Below, one piece after another: positions 52,366-63,969 of a DNA stretch of 64,000 nt (positions are counted from its first letter, which is position 1; each line of letters begins with the position of its first letter). Both the position numbers and the translations under genes were made by a program. Where the stretch lies: NCBI RefSeq assembly GCF_003019035.1, contig NZ_CP027447.1; one strand, written 5' to 3'. The notes beneath the pieces are model-generated. The model saw only the letters and a list, made by a program, of their open reading frames with translations, searched no databases and had not been told where the DNA came from. This DNA comes from Escherichia coli. Its GTDB lineage: Bacteria > Pseudomonadota > Gammaproteobacteria > Enterobacterales > Enterobacteriaceae.

Positions 52366-54438
52366 ATGACCGGGAAACGCTTAAAGGCGTCTGTCATTAT
52401 TGATCTTAATGGCAATCTTTCCCGGCGTTCCCGCCAGTATTCGAACCAGATAAACGCCCTGTCCCGTAGCGGGCAAAGTTCCCTGCGTGCCCTACGTATG
52501 GAGGTTGTGCGCGTTTCTGGTGCCATTGACAGAATGGGTTCACTGTCAACCCGTACATTCCGAATGCTGTCAGCCGGGGCGCTGGGTATTGCTGGCGTGG
52601 GTTACACCGCCAATAAACTGTTTATTGGTGCAGCCGCCCAGCGTGAGCAACAGATTATCGCCATGAACTCGCTGTATCACGGCGATAAGGTCAGAGCGCA
52701 GGCCATGATGGCCTGGGCAAAGCAGAACGCGAAGGACACCACGTGGGGGCTGAGTGGTGTTCTGGATGAGATCCGTTCGTCGAAAGGCTTCGGCATGACG
52801 GATGAACAGACGAAACAGTTCATCACCATGTTGCAGGATCAGGGGGCCATGCACGGCTGGGATTTACCCACTGCACAGGGTGCCTCACTGCAACTGAAAC
52901 AGATGTTTGCCCGCCAGCAAATCACGGCGGCGGATGCCAACCTGCTGACCGGTTACGGTATCAACGTTTATCAGGCGCTGGCGGATGCAACGGGAACGGA
53001 CGTTAAAAAAATCCGTGATCTGGGTACAAAGGGCAAGCTGGGCATGAAATCCATTCTGACGGTATTCAGAACGCTGTCAGAACAGTCAAAAGGTGCACAG
53101 GCCAGTGCGATGAACTCCTGGGACGGGATGTTCGCCCAGATGGAAGCTAACCTGCTTGAATTTCGCATAAAGGTGGCAAACAGCGGCCCCTTTGAAGAAA
53201 TCAAGAACGAGATGCGCCGGGTGCTTAACTGGCACGACATGGCGGATAAATCCGGGGAACTTGACGCACTGGCAGAAAACATTGGTCAGAAATTTCTGAC
53301 CACGTTCAGAACGGTAAAAATCGCGGCGCAGGAATTATGGCGCTGGCTGAAACCGGGTAAAGATGCGCTGGCATGGGTTGACCAGAATATTGTCAGCCTG
53401 AAAAAACTGGCTGCTGTTCTGGTGTCTGTCTGGCTTGCCAATAAAGCCCTGAGAGCAGGCTGGGCTGTGGCAAAACCCTCATGGCAGGTTGCCAGTTATC
53501 CGTTTAAAACCGGGCGTCGTATGTGGCGCTGGATGCGAAACCGCAAACGTGGGCAGGCAGGTCTGCCGGTCCCGGATGCCATGACGTCTGAGACGCTGTT
53601 GCAGGGTATCGGCATTCAGCGTGTGTTTGTCATCAACTGGCCCCGTGGATTTGGTGGCTACGGGAGTGGCGGCGGTCGTCGCGGACGGAGCGGCGGAAGA
53701 ATGGCCCCGCTGTTACCCCGCCAGCCGTTATTGCTGTCCGGGCCACAGCCGCTGGCATTACCTGCACCACGCCCTGTACTGGCATTACCCCCACCCGGCG
53801 TACCGGTAACAGCACGGCCTGCACCATTACCTTTACCCGGTAAATCCGGTCTTCTGAGCAGGCTTGCAGGCAGTGCTGCCGGGCAACTGGTTACGGGAAC
53901 GGTCGGAAAGCTGGCTGATGCCGGGCGTGCTGTTGGCGGATGGTTTTCCGGTATCGGAAACAAACTTGCAGGCAGTGCGATCGGTCGGGTTGTGACAAAA
54001 GGTGCCGGGGCGCTGGGCTGGATGGGGAAAGGTGCCGGTCGTGCGTTGTCACGTCTGGGTGGCCCGGTAATGGGGGCACTCCAGCTTGCCCCCGTCCTGA
54101 TGGATGAGCAGGCGTCAACCCATGAAAAAGCAGGCGCAATTGGCAGTACAGCCGGTGCATGGCTCGGCGGTGCCGTTGGCAGCCTTGCCGGACCGCTGGG
54201 TACGGTTGCCGGTGCCACGCTGGGCAGTGTCGCCGGGGAGTATCTGGGCGGTTTTGTAACCGACCTGTATCAGAAATGGACGGCCCCGGATAAGGAACCG
54301 CAGGAACAAAAAGTGAATGCGGAAGCCTCGCTGCGCGTCGAACTTGGCGAGGGGTTACGTCTGACCAGTTCCCGCGTCACCGAGGACGGTATGGGGCTGA
54401 ATATTTACGCGGGCGATAACTACATTACAGGCTGGTAA
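52366..54438 (+). CDS. Tail tape measure protein
   Basis: 690-aa ORF with Gly-rich GxxxG-type and Pro-rich low-complexity C-terminal region. Confidence 0.8.
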   Translation: MTGKRLKASVIIDLNGNLSRRSRQYSNQINALSRSGQSSLRALRMEVVRVSGAIDRMGSLSTRTFRMLSAGALGIAGVGYTANKLFIGAAAQREQQIIAMNSLYHGDKVRAQAMMAWAKQNAKDTTWGLSGVLDEIRSSKGFGMTDEQTKQFITMLQDQGAMHGWDLPTAQGASLQLKQMFARQQITAADANLLTGYGINVYQALADATGTDVKKIRDLGTKGKLGMKSILTVFRTLSEQSKGAQASAMNSWDGMFAQMEANLLEFRIKVANSGPFEEIKNEMRRVLNWHDMADKSGELDALAENIGQKFLTTFRTVKIAAQELWRWLKPGKDALAWVDQNIVSLKKLAAVLVSVWLANKALRAGWAVAKPSWQVASYPFKTGRRMWRWMRNRKRGQAGLPVPDAMTSETLLQGIGIQRVFVINWPRGFGGYGSGGGRRGRSGGRMAPLLPRQPLLLSGPQPLALPAPRPVLALPPPGVPVTARPAPLPLPGKSGLLSRLAGSAAGQLVTGTVGKLADAGRAVGGWFSGIGNKLAGSAIGRVVTKGAGALGWMGKGAGRALSRLGGPVMGALQLAPVLMDEQASTHEKAGAIGSTAGAWLGGAVGSLAGPLGTVAGATLGSVAGEYLGGFVTDLYQKWTAPDKEPQEQKVNAEASLRVELGEGLRLTSSRVTEDGMGLNIYAGDNYITGW

Positions 54439-54442
54439 AACC

Positions 54443-55930
54443 ATGTTTGAAGATGCTTTAAATGCCGTTAATGCTGTCCGGGATAAAATCAGCGGTGGTA
54501 AGAAAACAACCGGCAAAGGCACGTTTCGTAACGTGCCGTTTCTCGTCATCGAGGAGCAAAAACAGGCTGGCGGACGTCGCCTGGTTAAACGCGAGTACCC
54601 GTTACGTGATACCGGCGGCGTCAATGACCTGGGGAAAAAGCTTCGCTCCCGTACATTCAGCGCCTGCATTCTGAACAGCAACGCAGAAACAGCCAGAGAT
54701 GAAGCGGGTGCGCTGATGGATGCTCTTGATGCTCCGGGTAGCGGTGAGCTGGTACATCCTGATTTCGGCACTGTGGACGTCATGGTGGATTCATGGGAAT
54801 GCCGCACTAAAGCGGATGAACTGAATTATTACGCGTTCACCGTTACCGTTTATCCGTCGTTGCAGGATACTGCCCCGGACGCAGAGACAGACACCAGTGC
54901 AGCCGTACCGGCACAGGCCGTTGCTGTAACCGGTTCTCTGGGAGATACGCTATCCTCTGTCTGGCAGACCGTAAAAGATGGCACTGCGGCGGCAACCGCC
55001 GTGATGGAAGCTGTAACCGGTGTCATCGATGATATCAGTGATGCGGTGGACAATCTGGGGGTTACGCAGACTGTCAGCGGTCTGATGGGATCGCTTTCTG
55101 CGATGAAAGGCTCTGTGACCAGCCTGATTAACCAGCCTGCCATGCTGGCCTCCTCGCTGATGGGGGCGCTGTCCGGCGTTTCATCGTTATGCGATACCCG
55201 GACAGCATTTTCCACATGGAACCGTCTGGCGCAGCGATTCGAACGTCGCCATGCCGCCACCGCAGGCAGACAGGGGGCAATCACAACCTCGTACAACAGT
55301 CCGGTTGCAGAAAAAAATATTGCCACACTGAACTACGTCATGCTGGCAGCAGCACAGACATACCGAGCGGAGGCAGCAAGCCAGGCACTGACTGCGGCAC
55401 TGGATTTCAGTCGCCGGATGGATAATGCCGCCCGTGCACCTGTACTGGATGCCCCGTCCACCACAACCGGCACAGCCAGCGGGGCCAGCAGCACATCCGC
55501 TACCGTCACACAGGGACAGTTACAGTTAACTGCCATAACCCCGGACGGCGGCTTTTCACAGGTATCCTTTTCAGACAGTGGTACAGCCACGCCCCCGGTA
55601 TTTGAAAGTGTGTCCGATATCGGAAAAACAGCCGCCATGCTGGGGGCTGCACTGGATACCGTCATTCTGACGGCATCTGAGCAGGGCTTTTCGACAGACA
55701 GCGTTCAGCTTACGCAACTGCGTCTGCTGGTTGTTGCCGACCTGGAAAAACGCGGGCTGCAACTGGCGGGCAGTGAAACGCACCGCCTGCCGGAGACGAT
55801 GCCTGCAATGGTGGCCCTGTACCGTTACACAGGAAACAGCCGGAACTGGCAACGGCTGGCCCGCAGGAACGGTATCAGCAACCCGTTGTTTGTTCCCGGT
55901 GGTGTCAGTATTGAGGTGATTAATGAGTAA
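54443..55930 (+). CDS. N: DNA circularisation protein N
   Basis: 495-aa ORF after tape measure, as in Mu. Confidence 0.7.
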   Translation: MFEDALNAVNAVRDKISGGKKTTGKGTFRNVPFLVIEEQKQAGGRRLVKREYPLRDTGGVNDLGKKLRSRTFSACILNSNAETARDEAGALMDALDAPGSGELVHPDFGTVDVMVDSWECRTKADELNYYAFTVTVYPSLQDTAPDAETDTSAAVPAQAVAVTGSLGDTLSSVWQTVKDGTAAATAVMEAVTGVIDDISDAVDNLGVTQTVSGLMGSLSAMKGSVTSLINQPAMLASSLMGALSGVSSLCDTRTAFSTWNRLAQRFERRHAATAGRQGAITTSYNSPVAEKNIATLNYVMLAAAQTYRAEAASQALTAALDFSRRMDNAARAPVLDAPSTTTGTASGASSTSATVTQGQLQLTAITPDGGFSQVSFSDSGTATPPVFESVSDIGKTAAMLGAALDTVILTASEQGFSTDSVQLTQLRLLVVADLEKRGLQLAGSETHRLPETMPAMVALYRYTGNSRNWQRLARRNGISNPLFVPGGVSIEVINE

Positions 55931-57062
55931 TACCGTCACGCTGCGAACGGATGGCAGGCTTTTTACCGGCTGGACGTCAGTCTCTGTCACCCGCTCGATT
56001 GAATCCGTAGCCGGATATTTTGAGCTGGGGGTGAACGTGCCACCGGATACGGATTTATCCGGGCTGGCACCGGGGAAGGCGTTCACGCTGGAAATCGACG
56101 GGCAGATTGTCTGCACCGGTTATATCGATTCACGGCGACGCCAGATGACTGCTGACAGTATGAAAATCACTGTCGCCGGACGTGACAAAACGGCTGACCT
56201 GATTGACTGTGCTGCCGTTTACAGTGGCGGACAGTGGAAAAACCGCACACTGGAGCAGATTGCGCGTGACCTGTGCGCCCCTTATGGCGTTACCGTTCGC
56301 TGGGAGCTTTCCGATAAGGAAAGTTCGGCAGTTTTTCCCGGCTTCACGCTGGACCATTCAGAAACCGTTTATGAGGCGCTGGTGCGTGCCTCCCGCGCAC
56401 GCGGTGTACTGATGACCAGCAATGCCGCCGGAGAGCTGGTATTCAGCCGGGCTGCCAGCACAGCTACTGATGAGCTGGTTCTCGGAGAAAATCTGCTGAC
56501 ACTGGATTTTGAGGAAGACTTCCGCGACCGGTTCAGCGAATACACCGTCAAGGGGTATGCCCGCGCAAACGGTGCTGAGGGTGATGATATTGATGCGAAA
56601 AGTATCGTCTCCCGGAAAGGGACCGCCACTGACAGTGATGTAACCCGTTACAGACCGATGATCATCATTGCTGACAGCAAAATTACGGCGAAGGATGCAC
56701 AGGCCCGCGCCCTGCGTGAGCAACGCCGCAGACTGGCAAAATCCATCACCTTTGAGGCTGAAATTGACGGATGGACTCGCAAGGACGGGCAACTCTGGAT
56801 GCCGAACCTGCTGGTCACTATTGATGCCTCGAAATATGCCATCAAAACCACGGAATTACTGGTCAGCAAAGTCACCCTGATACTGAATGACCAGGACGGG
56901 CTGAAAACCCGCGTCAGCCTTGCACCACGCGAAGGCTTTCTGGTGCCGGTTGAAAGCGACCGTAAAAACAGGAAAGGCGGCGACAGTAACGGCGGTATTG
57001 ATGCGCTGGTTGAAGATTATTATCGCAGACACCCGGAGAAAACGCCGCCGTGGAAAGAGTAA
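55923..57062 (+). CDS. P: Baseplate/tail protein P
   Basis: 379-aa ORF, overlapping N stop. Confidence 0.7.
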   Translation: MSNTVTLRTDGRLFTGWTSVSVTRSIESVAGYFELGVNVPPDTDLSGLAPGKAFTLEIDGQIVCTGYIDSRRRQMTADSMKITVAGRDKTADLIDCAAVYSGGQWKNRTLEQIARDLCAPYGVTVRWELSDKESSAVFPGFTLDHSETVYEALVRASRARGVLMTSNAAGELVFSRAASTATDELVLGENLLTLDFEEDFRDRFSEYTVKGYARANGAEGDDIDAKSIVSRKGTATDSDVTRYRPMIIIADSKITAKDAQARALREQRRRLAKSITFEAEIDGWTRKDGQLWMPNLLVTIDASKYAIKTTELLVSKVTLILNDQDGLKTRVSLAPREGFLVPVESDRKNRKGGDSNGGIDALVEDYYRRHPEKTPPWKE

Positions 57063-57643
57063 ATGATTCCGCCCTGAACCGCCTGCTGACGCCGCTGATG
57101 CGTCGTGTGCGCCTGATGCTTGCGCGCGCTGTTGTTAACGTGATTAACGACGGGCGAAAGGTTCAGAACCTGCAGGTCGGCCTGCTGGATGATGAGGAAT
57201 CTGATGAAGTGGAGCGCCTGCAAAATTACGGGCATTTCAGCGTTCCCCTGCCGGGAGCAGAGGCGCTGATTGCCTGTGTAGGCGCACAACGTGATCAGGG
57301 GATTGCCGTTGTGGTGGAAGACCGCCGCTACCGCCCGACAAATCTTGAACCGGGTGATGCAGGCATTTACCACCACGAGGGGCATCGTATCAGGCTGACA
57401 AAGGACGGACGCTGCATCATTACCTGTAAAACGGTTGAGGTTTACGCTGATGAAAGTATGACCGTTGACACACCCAGAACCACGTTTACCGGCGACGTTG
57501 AGATCCAGAAAGGTCTGGGCGTTAAAGGTAAAAGCCAGTTCGACAGCAATATTACTGCCCCGGATGCCATCATCAATGGCAAATCGACGGATAAGCATAT
57601 CCACCGTGGCGACAGCGGCGGAACCACGGGGCCAATGCAATGA
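57050..57643 (+). CDS. Baseplate assembly protein (spike/gpV-like; Mu gp45 position)
   Basis: 197-aa ORF. Confidence 0.6.
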   Translation: MERVNDSALNRLLTPLMRRVRLMLARAVVNVINDGRKVQNLQVGLLDDEESDEVERLQNYGHFSVPLPGAEALIACVGAQRDQGIAVVVEDRRYRPTNLEPGDAGIYHHEGHRIRLTKDGRCIITCKTVEVYADESMTVDTPRTTFTGDVEIQKGLGVKGKSQFDSNITAPDAIINGKSTDKHIHRGDSGGTTGPMQ

Positions 57644-58077
57644 CCGATTTAGCCATTATCTGGACGAACGGACGCGGCGATATTGCACAGGATGGCATTG
57701 ATATGCTGACCGACGACAGCCTGACAACCGATGTGACAATCTCCCTGTTTACAGACCGGCGCGCGCTGGATTCTGACACGCTGCCGGATGGTTCAGATGA
57801 TCGCCGTGGATGGTGGGGTGACAGTTACCGCGACCGCCCCATCGGTTCGCGGTTGTGGCTGTTATCACGTGAAAAAGCCACACCGGATACGCTGGAACGC
57901 GCCAGAGGGTATGCCGAAGAGGCGCTGGAATGGCTGAAAACAGCGGGCCGGGTAAGTGCGATTAACGTCAGAGCGGAACAGTTACATCAGGGCTGGTTAT
58001 ACCTCTACATTGCACTGACATTACCGGATGGTTCCGTTATTCCTTATGAGTTTAAAGCAGCATTTAACGGGGTTTAA
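57640..58077 (+). CDS. Baseplate protein (GPW/gp25-like; Mu gp46 position)
   Basis: 145-aa ORF. Confidence 0.6.
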   Translation: MTDLAIIWTNGRGDIAQDGIDMLTDDSLTTDVTISLFTDRRALDSDTLPDGSDDRRGWWGDSYRDRPIGSRLWLLSREKATPDTLERARGYAEEALEWLKTAGRVSAINVRAEQLHQGWLYLYIALTLPDGSVIPYEFKAAFNGV

Positions 58078-59160
58078 ATGGCTTATTCACCACCGACATT
58101 ATCATCGCTGATTGCCCGTACAGAACAGAATATTGAACAGCGCCTGCCGGGTAGCTGGCCTCAGGCCCGTGAAAAAACGCTGAGTGCCATTGCTTATGCT
58201 CAGGCGGGCCTTGCTGCCGGTTGTCACGAGCATATTTCATGGGTTGGACGGCAGATTATCCCGTCGACAGCAGATGAAGATGAGTTGCTGGAGCACTGCC
58301 GGTTCTGGGGCGTGCGCCGCAAACAGGCGACAGCCGCCAGCGGCCCGCTGACTGTCACCACATCGGCAGCGACCACCATTCCTGCCGGTACACGCTGGCA
58401 GCGTGCTGATGGTGTGGTTTACAGCCTGGCTGATGCCATTGTGATTGACCGTGCAGGAACGACGGAAATTACCGTTACCGCACTGGCTGCCGGTGAAGCA
58501 GGAAATACCGGTGAGAATACCCTTTTAACGTTGATCACCCCGGTTGCCTGTGTTGTTTCCGATGCCATCACTGTAAAAGGGTTTTCCGGTGGGGCTGATA
58601 TTGAGAGTGCAGCGGAGCTGCTGTCACGGCTGGAATATCGTGTCCAGTATCCTCCGTTCGGCGGTAATCAGTTTGATTACGTCCGCTGGGCACGTGAAGT
58701 CAGCGGCGTTACCCGTGCCTGGTGTTTTCCGACATGGAAAGGCGGTGGCACAGTCGGGGTGACGTTTGTTATGGATAACCGGAGCAATATTTTTCCACAA
58801 CCGGCAGACGTGGAACGCGTGGCAGATTATATCGCCGGTCATACTGACCCGATCACCGGTCTGATTGTCGGACAGCCTGACGGTGTAAATGTCACTGTAT
58901 TTGCGCCAAAGGCAAAGCCGGTAAATCCACGGATTTATATATCACCGAAGACAGCCGAACTGAAACAGGCTATTACCCACGCCATTAATACCATGTTTTT
59001 TAATGAGGTGACGCCGGGCGGCGCACTTGCCCCCTCCCGTATTATCCGTGCGGTGGCAGGTGTTACCGGTCTGGATGATTTTGAAGTGCGTTTCCCGACA
59101 GAGATCCAGCGTTCGGAGAATACGGAACTGTTAACACCGGGGACAATTGAATGGCTGTAA
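58078..59160 (+). CDS. Baseplate wedge protein (J-like; Mu gp47 position)
   Basis: 360-aa ORF. Confidence 0.65.
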   Translation: MAYSPPTLSSLIARTEQNIEQRLPGSWPQAREKTLSAIAYAQAGLAAGCHEHISWVGRQIIPSTADEDELLEHCRFWGVRRKQATAASGPLTVTTSAATTIPAGTRWQRADGVVYSLADAIVIDRAGTTEITVTALAAGEAGNTGENTLLTLITPVACVVSDAITVKGFSGGADIESAAELLSRLEYRVQYPPFGGNQFDYVRWAREVSGVTRAWCFPTWKGGGTVGVTFVMDNRSNIFPQPADVERVADYIAGHTDPITGLIVGQPDGVNVTVFAPKAKPVNPRIYISPKTAELKQAITHAINTMFFNEVTPGGALAPSRIIRAVAGVTGLDDFEVRFPTEIQRSENTELLTPGTIEWL

Positions 59161-59693
59161 CACCCTATCAGACGGCCTTTCTGCAATTACTGCCGTCAGG
59201 GCTTGCCTGGAATAAAAGCCCCGACAGCAAATTATCTGCGCTGGCGCAGGCCATCAGCGACGTGATTGCCACTGCGGCGGATGATGCGCGGCAAATGCTG
59301 CGGGAGCGTTTCCCGTCCACATCCCGCTGGTATCTGGGGGAGTGGGAATCATTTCTGGGGTTGCCGGACTGTACCAGCGAAAACGGCACCTTGTCCGAAC
59401 GCCAGCGGGCTGCCGCGAATAAAATGCGTATGACCGGCAATCTGAGTCGGCGCTTTTATGAATGGCTGGCTGCGCAGTACGGTTTTACCGTCAGGCTGAC
59501 GGATTCCACAGAAGGCCAGTGGGTTACGCAGGTCAATATTTACGGTATTAAAAATTATCGCAACGCAACGGTGCTGGATAATGTCCTGACGCCGTTACGT
59601 GTTTATGAATCGGGTGCGCTGGAATGTTTACTGGAGAAATATAAACCCGCGCATCAGATTTATAAATTTGTTTACCATGACGGAGATAACTAA
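59151..59693 (+). CDS. Tail/baseplate protein (Mu gp48 position)
   Basis: 180-aa ORF. Confidence 0.6.
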   Translation: MAVTPYQTAFLQLLPSGLAWNKSPDSKLSALAQAISDVIATAADDARQMLRERFPSTSRWYLGEWESFLGLPDCTSENGTLSERQRAAANKMRMTGNLSRRFYEWLAAQYGFTVRLTDSTEGQWVTQVNIYGIKNYRNATVLDNVLTPLRVYESGALECLLEKYKPAHQIYKFVYHDGDN

Positions 59694-61048
59694 TGTTTTA
59701 TATTGATAACGACAGCGGCGTAACCGTCATGCCGCCCGTATCCGCCCAGCGTAGTGCTATCGTTCGCTGGTTTTCAGAAGGTGACGGGAATAATGTTATC
59801 ACATGGCCCGGCATGGACTGGTTTAATATTGTTCAGGCGGAGTTATTAAACACGCTGGAAGAAGCTGGTATTCAACCGGATAAAACAAAATTAAACCAGC
59901 TTGCACTGTCCATTAAAGCCATTATGAGCAATAACGCGCTGCTGATAAAAAATAACCTCAGCGAAATTAAAACTGCCGGGGCATCAGCACAGCGTACAGC
60001 ACGTGAAAATCTGGATATCTATGATGCCAGCCTGAACAAAAAAGGACTCGTTCAGCTAACCAGTGCCACTGACAGCCCCAGTGAAACGCTGGCAGCCACC
60101 GCAAAAGCGGTGAAAATTGCGATGGATAATGCCAATGCCCGTCTGGCAAAAGACCGGAACGGAGCAGATATTCCCAATAAGCCGCTGTTTATCCAAAACC
60201 TCGGTTTACAGGAAACGGTAAACAAGGCTGGTAACGCTGTTCAGCGTTCTGGCGATACAATGACCGGAAAACTGAATCTACCACAGACATCTGCATTCGG
60301 CGTTAATACCGATAATGCACTGGGTGGTAATTCCATTACTCTCGGAGATAACGACACCGGTATTAAACAGGGCGGCGATGGTGTCCTTTTATTCTATTTA
60401 AATGGACAACTGATATTTGGGCTTCAACCCACATCCGCTGATTTTTATAAGCGAGTTGCCTACATTCATCAGGGAGTAGCTCCAGATGGGAGTGGCGCAT
60501 TTGCAGACCAGTTAAATAATGCCACCGCGCCTTTTGTTCAGACGCAGTTTGCCTGGAATCCCACTCCTGGCGGTCATTACGTACCGATAGCTAAGGGCTT
60601 GTCCATTCGCAATGGACAGGGGTATCCAGGTGCGGTCAGCTTTGGTTATTTACTAACTGAACAAATGGGATTTCCCATACCATGCATTCATATGCGTGGA
60701 GATTACGGAGCTGATGCTTTGTGGCAGTTTAACCCGAACGATAAATCTTTTATTTCACCGGGGGCTCTTGTTGCGGGTGGCATCCGTTATAACACCGATG
60801 GAAATATATTTGGCGGGTGTTGGGGTTCAAATTTAGCTGATTATCTCAATAGCACATATGTAAGAGACATTCGACTTGGTAGCGCAGAATCAATATCAGC
60901 ATGGCGAGGCCCTGGTTACTGGGATACTTCTGGATATGTTCTGACCGCAGCCGGAAACAGCAACACCGATGAATTTATTGATACATTAACCAGAAGGCCT
61001 ATTCAGAAGTTGATTGGTGGGACATATTATAACGTTGTGAGTATTTGA
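59693..61048 (+). CDS. S: Tail fibre protein S (constant part 59693-60188 fused to the variable part currently in expressed orientation)
   Basis: 451-aa ORF crossing the left inverted repeat at 60189; C-terminus ...[10 protein letters not shown]. Confidence 0.8.
   Translation: MFYIDNDSGVTVMPPVSAQRSAIVRWFSEGDGNNVITWPGMDWFNIVQAELLNTLEEAGIQPDKTKLNQLALSIKAIMSNNALLIKNNLSEIKTAGASAQRTARENLDIYDASLNKKGLVQLTSATDSPSETLAATAKAVKIAMDNANARLAKDRNGADIPNKPLFIQNLGLQETVNKAGNAVQRSGDTMTGKLNLPQTSAFGVNTDNALGGNSITLGDNDTGIKQGGDGVLLFYLNGQLIFGLQPTSADFYKRVAYIHQGVAPDGSGAFADQLNNATAPFVQTQFAWNPTPGGHYVPIAKGLSIRNGQGYPGAVSFGYLLTEQMGFPIPCIHMRGDYGADALWQFNPNDKSFISPGALVAGGIRYNTDGNIFGGCWGSNLADYLNSTYVRDIRLGSAESISAWRGPGYWDTSGYVLTAAGNSNTDEFIDTLTRRPIQKLIGGTYYNVVSI
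60189..60227. repeat. Left inverted repeat of G segment (contains gix recombination site)
   Basis: TTATCCAAAACCTCGGTTTACAGGAAACGGTAAACAAGG; reverse complement of 63010-63048 with 2 mismatches. Confidence 0.85.
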
Positions 61049-61049
61049 C

Positions 61050-61577
61050 ATGATGCATTTAAAAAACATTAAAGCAGGGAACCCAAAAACACCTGAACAA
61101 TACCAGTTAACCAAAAAAGCTGGAGTGGTCTGGCTTTATACTGAAGATGGTAAAAACTGGTACGAAGAACAAAAAAACTTTCAACCAGATACTATAAAAA
61201 TTGCATACGATAAAAATAATGTGATTGTTACCGTAAGCAAAGATGTTTCAACGATTAACCCGGAAGGTTTAAGTGTTGTTGAAGTATCCGATATTACGGC
61301 AAATCGTCGCGCAGACAATAACGGAAACTGGATGTTTCTGGATGGTAAAGTAGTAAAGCGGGAATATACAAAACAGGAGCTGCAACAGCAGGCAGAGTTA
61401 CAAAAATCCGCTTTGCTTTCCGAAGCGGAGTCTGTGATTCAACCGCTGGAACGTGCTGTCAGGCTGAATATGGCAACTAATGAGGAACGCGCACGACTGG
61501 AGTCATGGGAACGCTACAGTGTTCTGGTCAGCCGTGTGGATACGGCAAATCCTGAATGGCCACAAAAGCCTGAATAA
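61050..61577 (+). CDS. U: Tail fibre assembly protein U (expressed orientation)
   Basis: 175-aa ORF; paralogue of minus-strand 61606..62139 ORF (both begin [11 protein letters not shown]). Confidence 0.8.
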   Translation: MMHLKNIKAGNPKTPEQYQLTKKAGVVWLYTEDGKNWYEEQKNFQPDTIKIAYDKNNVIVTVSKDVSTINPEGLSVVEVSDITANRRADNNGNWMFLDGKVVKREYTKQELQQQAELQKSALLSEAESVIQPLERAVRLNMATNEERARLESWERYSVLVSRVDTANPEWPQKPE

Positions 61578-61583
61578 AAATTA

Positions 61584-61604
61584 AGGCCCGATAGCGGGCC
61601 TTGT
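61584..61604. terminator. Bidirectional hairpin between convergent U and U'
   Basis: AGGCCCG-ATA-GCGGGCCT. Confidence 0.5.
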
Positions 61605-61605
61605 C

Positions 61606-62139
61606 TCATTCTGGTTGTTCCGGGAATGTTACAGGAAGAACAGAGGTATCTGTGGCATCAACCTGCTGCATGTATAACATCCAGTTAATGAGTCTTTGCC
61701 TGTCTGAATCGCTGATAATTCCCAGCGCAAGCTGTGTTTGCCAGCACTGCGTTTCCTCTCTGGCCTGTCGCAGCAAAATCTGTTTCTGAATTTCAGCCAG
61801 TTGACGTAGTTCTTCATCAGTCCGGGGGCGTTTCATGACCTTGCCATCCTGAAACACCCAGTCACCGAGAATATCGGCCCGGCGATTCGCTGTCGTGTCG
61901 GGTAATTCGACAACGCTCATTCCTTCCGGGTTAATAGACGACACATCTTTTTCAATATAGCGAATGATACCTCTGTCATCGTAAGCGATTTTTAGTGTGT
62001 CTGCCTGAAAGGCTTTTTGTGCCTCATACCAGTTCTGACCATCTTCAGCGTAAAGCCAGATAACACCATGTCTCTTTGTTAACTCATACTGTTCCAGTGT
62101 TTTAGCATTACCCGCTTTTATGTTCTTTAAGTGCATCAT
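61606..62139 (-). CDS. Alternative tail fibre assembly protein U' (silent orientation)
   Basis: 177-aa ORF, N-terminus near-identical to U. Confidence 0.75.
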   Translation of the reverse strand: MMHLKNIKAGNAKTLEQYELTKRHGVIWLYAEDGQNWYEAQKAFQADTLKIAYDDRGIIRYIEKDVSSINPEGMSVVELPDTTANRRADILGDWVFQDGKVMKRPRTDEELRQLAEIQKQILLRQAREETQCWQTQLALGIISDSDRQRLINWMLYMQQVDATDTSVLPVTFPEQPE

Positions 62140-62140
62140 A

Positions 62141-63009
62141 TTAAACGCTCGCTACATTATACCAGGTGCCATTTATATACTTTTGAACGGGTCTGTAATA
62201 AACGCCCGCTATATTATCGGCAGAGTTGGACCCTGTATCCTGAACATTAATACCAGACAATACATGACCTGACGGGCACTTGAAATTCCATGTTTGCCAG
62301 TTGTTCACACCATGATATTGCTGTGAACCAAGACGAACATCTTTTACGTATCGGGAATCAAAGTTACTCCAGTTACTTGGTTGTATGTGACCGTTTACAG
62401 CAAATATCACCGAATTATCTGTATTTCGCTGACTATAGAAATGCCAGCCTGAATCATCACCAAGCTCTGCAACAGTTGGTCTTGATGAAGTGCCCCATAA
62501 ATTAAAACCTACGTTTTTCGTGGAGTTGTTGGAGCTGGATAGCGTGAATTTTTTACCATCCCCGGCCTGAACGTTTTTAAAAGCAATAGCAACTCCATTC
62601 TGAAAGCGGAATACTCGCTGACTATTAGCGTAAACATCCAGAATACCGTCTCCATTCTGTTTAAATCCGGTATCATTATCACCAAGAACAATAGAGCTAC
62701 CACCTAACGCATTCGTCGTACCAACTCCAAGGCTGCCATTAATGACGGCATTAACAAGAATATTTAGTGCATCCCATTTCAGCGTCATCAGGTCTTTTGT
62801 TGTGGTGCTTTGTTTGCTTCTCCATTTGAAATATTCATTGCCGTTGTCGCCTGTTTCAAACCACATGTATGAATCAGTGTCACCATCGGCATCATTTTTA
62901 AATCCAATCTTCGCCCAGTCAGTATTTCGAATCCAGGCAAGGATTGAGTCATTTTCAAAAGTAAGCCCACCGGACAAAGTATCGCCATTTTTTTGCACGG
63001 CATTACCAG
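62141..63009 (-). CDS. Alternative tail-fibre variable region S' (no own start; in frame with S constant part after G inversion)
   Basis: Open minus-strand frame from the right inverted repeat to 62141; hand translation from the repeat gives ETVNRAGNAVQKNGDTLSGG... in the same phase as S; C-terminus ...NGTWYNVASV similar to S. Confidence 0.75.
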
Positions 63010-63048
63010 CCCTGTTTACCGTTTCCTGTAAACCGAGGTTTTAGATAA
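63010..63048. repeat. Right inverted repeat of G segment (contains gix site)
   Basis: CCCTGTTTACCGTTTCCTGTAAACCGAGGTTTTAGATAA. Confidence 0.85.
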
Positions 63049-63102
63049 TGGCCGTTTCCGGCCTGCATGGCATGATTTGCGATTTTGGACGGGAGATTCA
63101 GC

Positions 63103-63684
63103 GTGCTGATTGGCTATGTAAGGGTATCAACAAATGACCAGAATACAGACCTGCAACGAAACGCTCTTGTTTGTGCAGGATGTGAACAAATATTTGAAGA
63201 TAAATTAAGCGGAACAAGGACAGACAGACCTGGATTAAAGCGCGCTTTAAAGCGTCTTCAAAAAGGTGACACACTGGTTGTCTGGAAACTGGATCGCCTC
63301 GGGCGAAGCATGAAACATCTGATTTCTCTCGTCGGAGAACTACGGGAGCGAGGGATTAATTTTCGCAGCCTTACTGACAGTATTGATACGTCATCCCCAA
63401 TGGGGCGTTTTTTCTTCCACGTTATGGGTGCCCTGGCTGAAATGGAACGAGAACTAATCATCGAGCGAACGATGGCTGGACTTGCTGCCGCCAGAAATAA
63501 AGGCCGTATTGGTGGGCGACCACCTAAACTAACCAAAGCGGAATGGGAGCAGGCCGGGCGTTTATTAGCACAAGGAATCCCCCGCAAGCAGGTTGCATTG
63601 ATCTACGATGTGGCCCTGTCAACTCTGTATAAAAAACACCCCGCGAAACGAGCGCATATAGAAAACGACGATCGAATCAATTAA
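63103..63684 (+). CDS. gin: Gin serine DNA invertase
   Basis: ORF 63085..63684; likely GTG start 63103 (MLIGYVRVSTNDQNTDLQRNAL...); resolvase/invertase catalytic Ser in VRVSTNDQ and C-terminal HTH. Confidence 0.9.
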   Translation: MLIGYVRVSTNDQNTDLQRNALVCAGCEQIFEDKLSGTRTDRPGLKRALKRLQKGDTLVVWKLDRLGRSMKHLISLVGELRERGINFRSLTDSIDTSSPMGRFFFHVMGALAEMERELIIERTMAGLAAARNKGRIGGRPPKLTKAEWEQAGRLLAQGIPRKQVALIYDVALSTLYKKHPAKRAHIENDDRIN

Positions 63685-63710
63685 ATCGATCGGTAATACA
63701 GATCGATTAT
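63668..63710 (+). promoter_or_regulatory. mom operon regulatory region with clustered Dam GATC sites
   Basis: Three GATC sites at 63670, 63688 and 63701 within about 35 bp upstream of com. Confidence 0.6.
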
Positions 63711-63778
63711 GCCCCAATAACCACACTCAACCCATGATGTTTTTTAAGATAGTGGCGAATTGATGCAAAGGAGGTGAG

Positions 63779-63967
63779 ATGAAATCAATTCGCTGTAAAA
63801 ACTGCAACAAACTGTTATTTAAGGCGGATTCCTTTGATCACATTGAAATCAGGTGTCCGCGTTGCAAACGTCACATCATAATGCTGAATGCCTGCGAGCA
63901 TCCCACGGAGAAACATTGTGGGAAAAGAGAAAAAATCACGCATTCTGACGAAACCGTGCGTTATTGA
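63779..63967 (+). CDS. com: Com zinc-finger translational activator of mom
   Basis: 62-aa [41 protein letters not shown]... with C4 zinc finger; GGAGG RBS. Confidence 0.85.
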
Positions 63968-63969
63968 GT

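Larger units (their letters stand above)
60189..63048. mobile_element. Invertible G segment (host-range switch), about 2.86 kb
   Basis: Bounded by 39-bp inverted repeats; contains two oppositely oriented tail-fibre variable region plus assembly gene pairs; gin immediately adjacent. Confidence 0.85.

Noticed and set aside
53600-54250. Gly/Pro-rich repetitive stretch as an independent repeat element or collagen-like gene
   Set aside because: It lies within the continuous 690-aa tape measure ORF; low-complexity Gly-rich segments are common in tape measure proteins.
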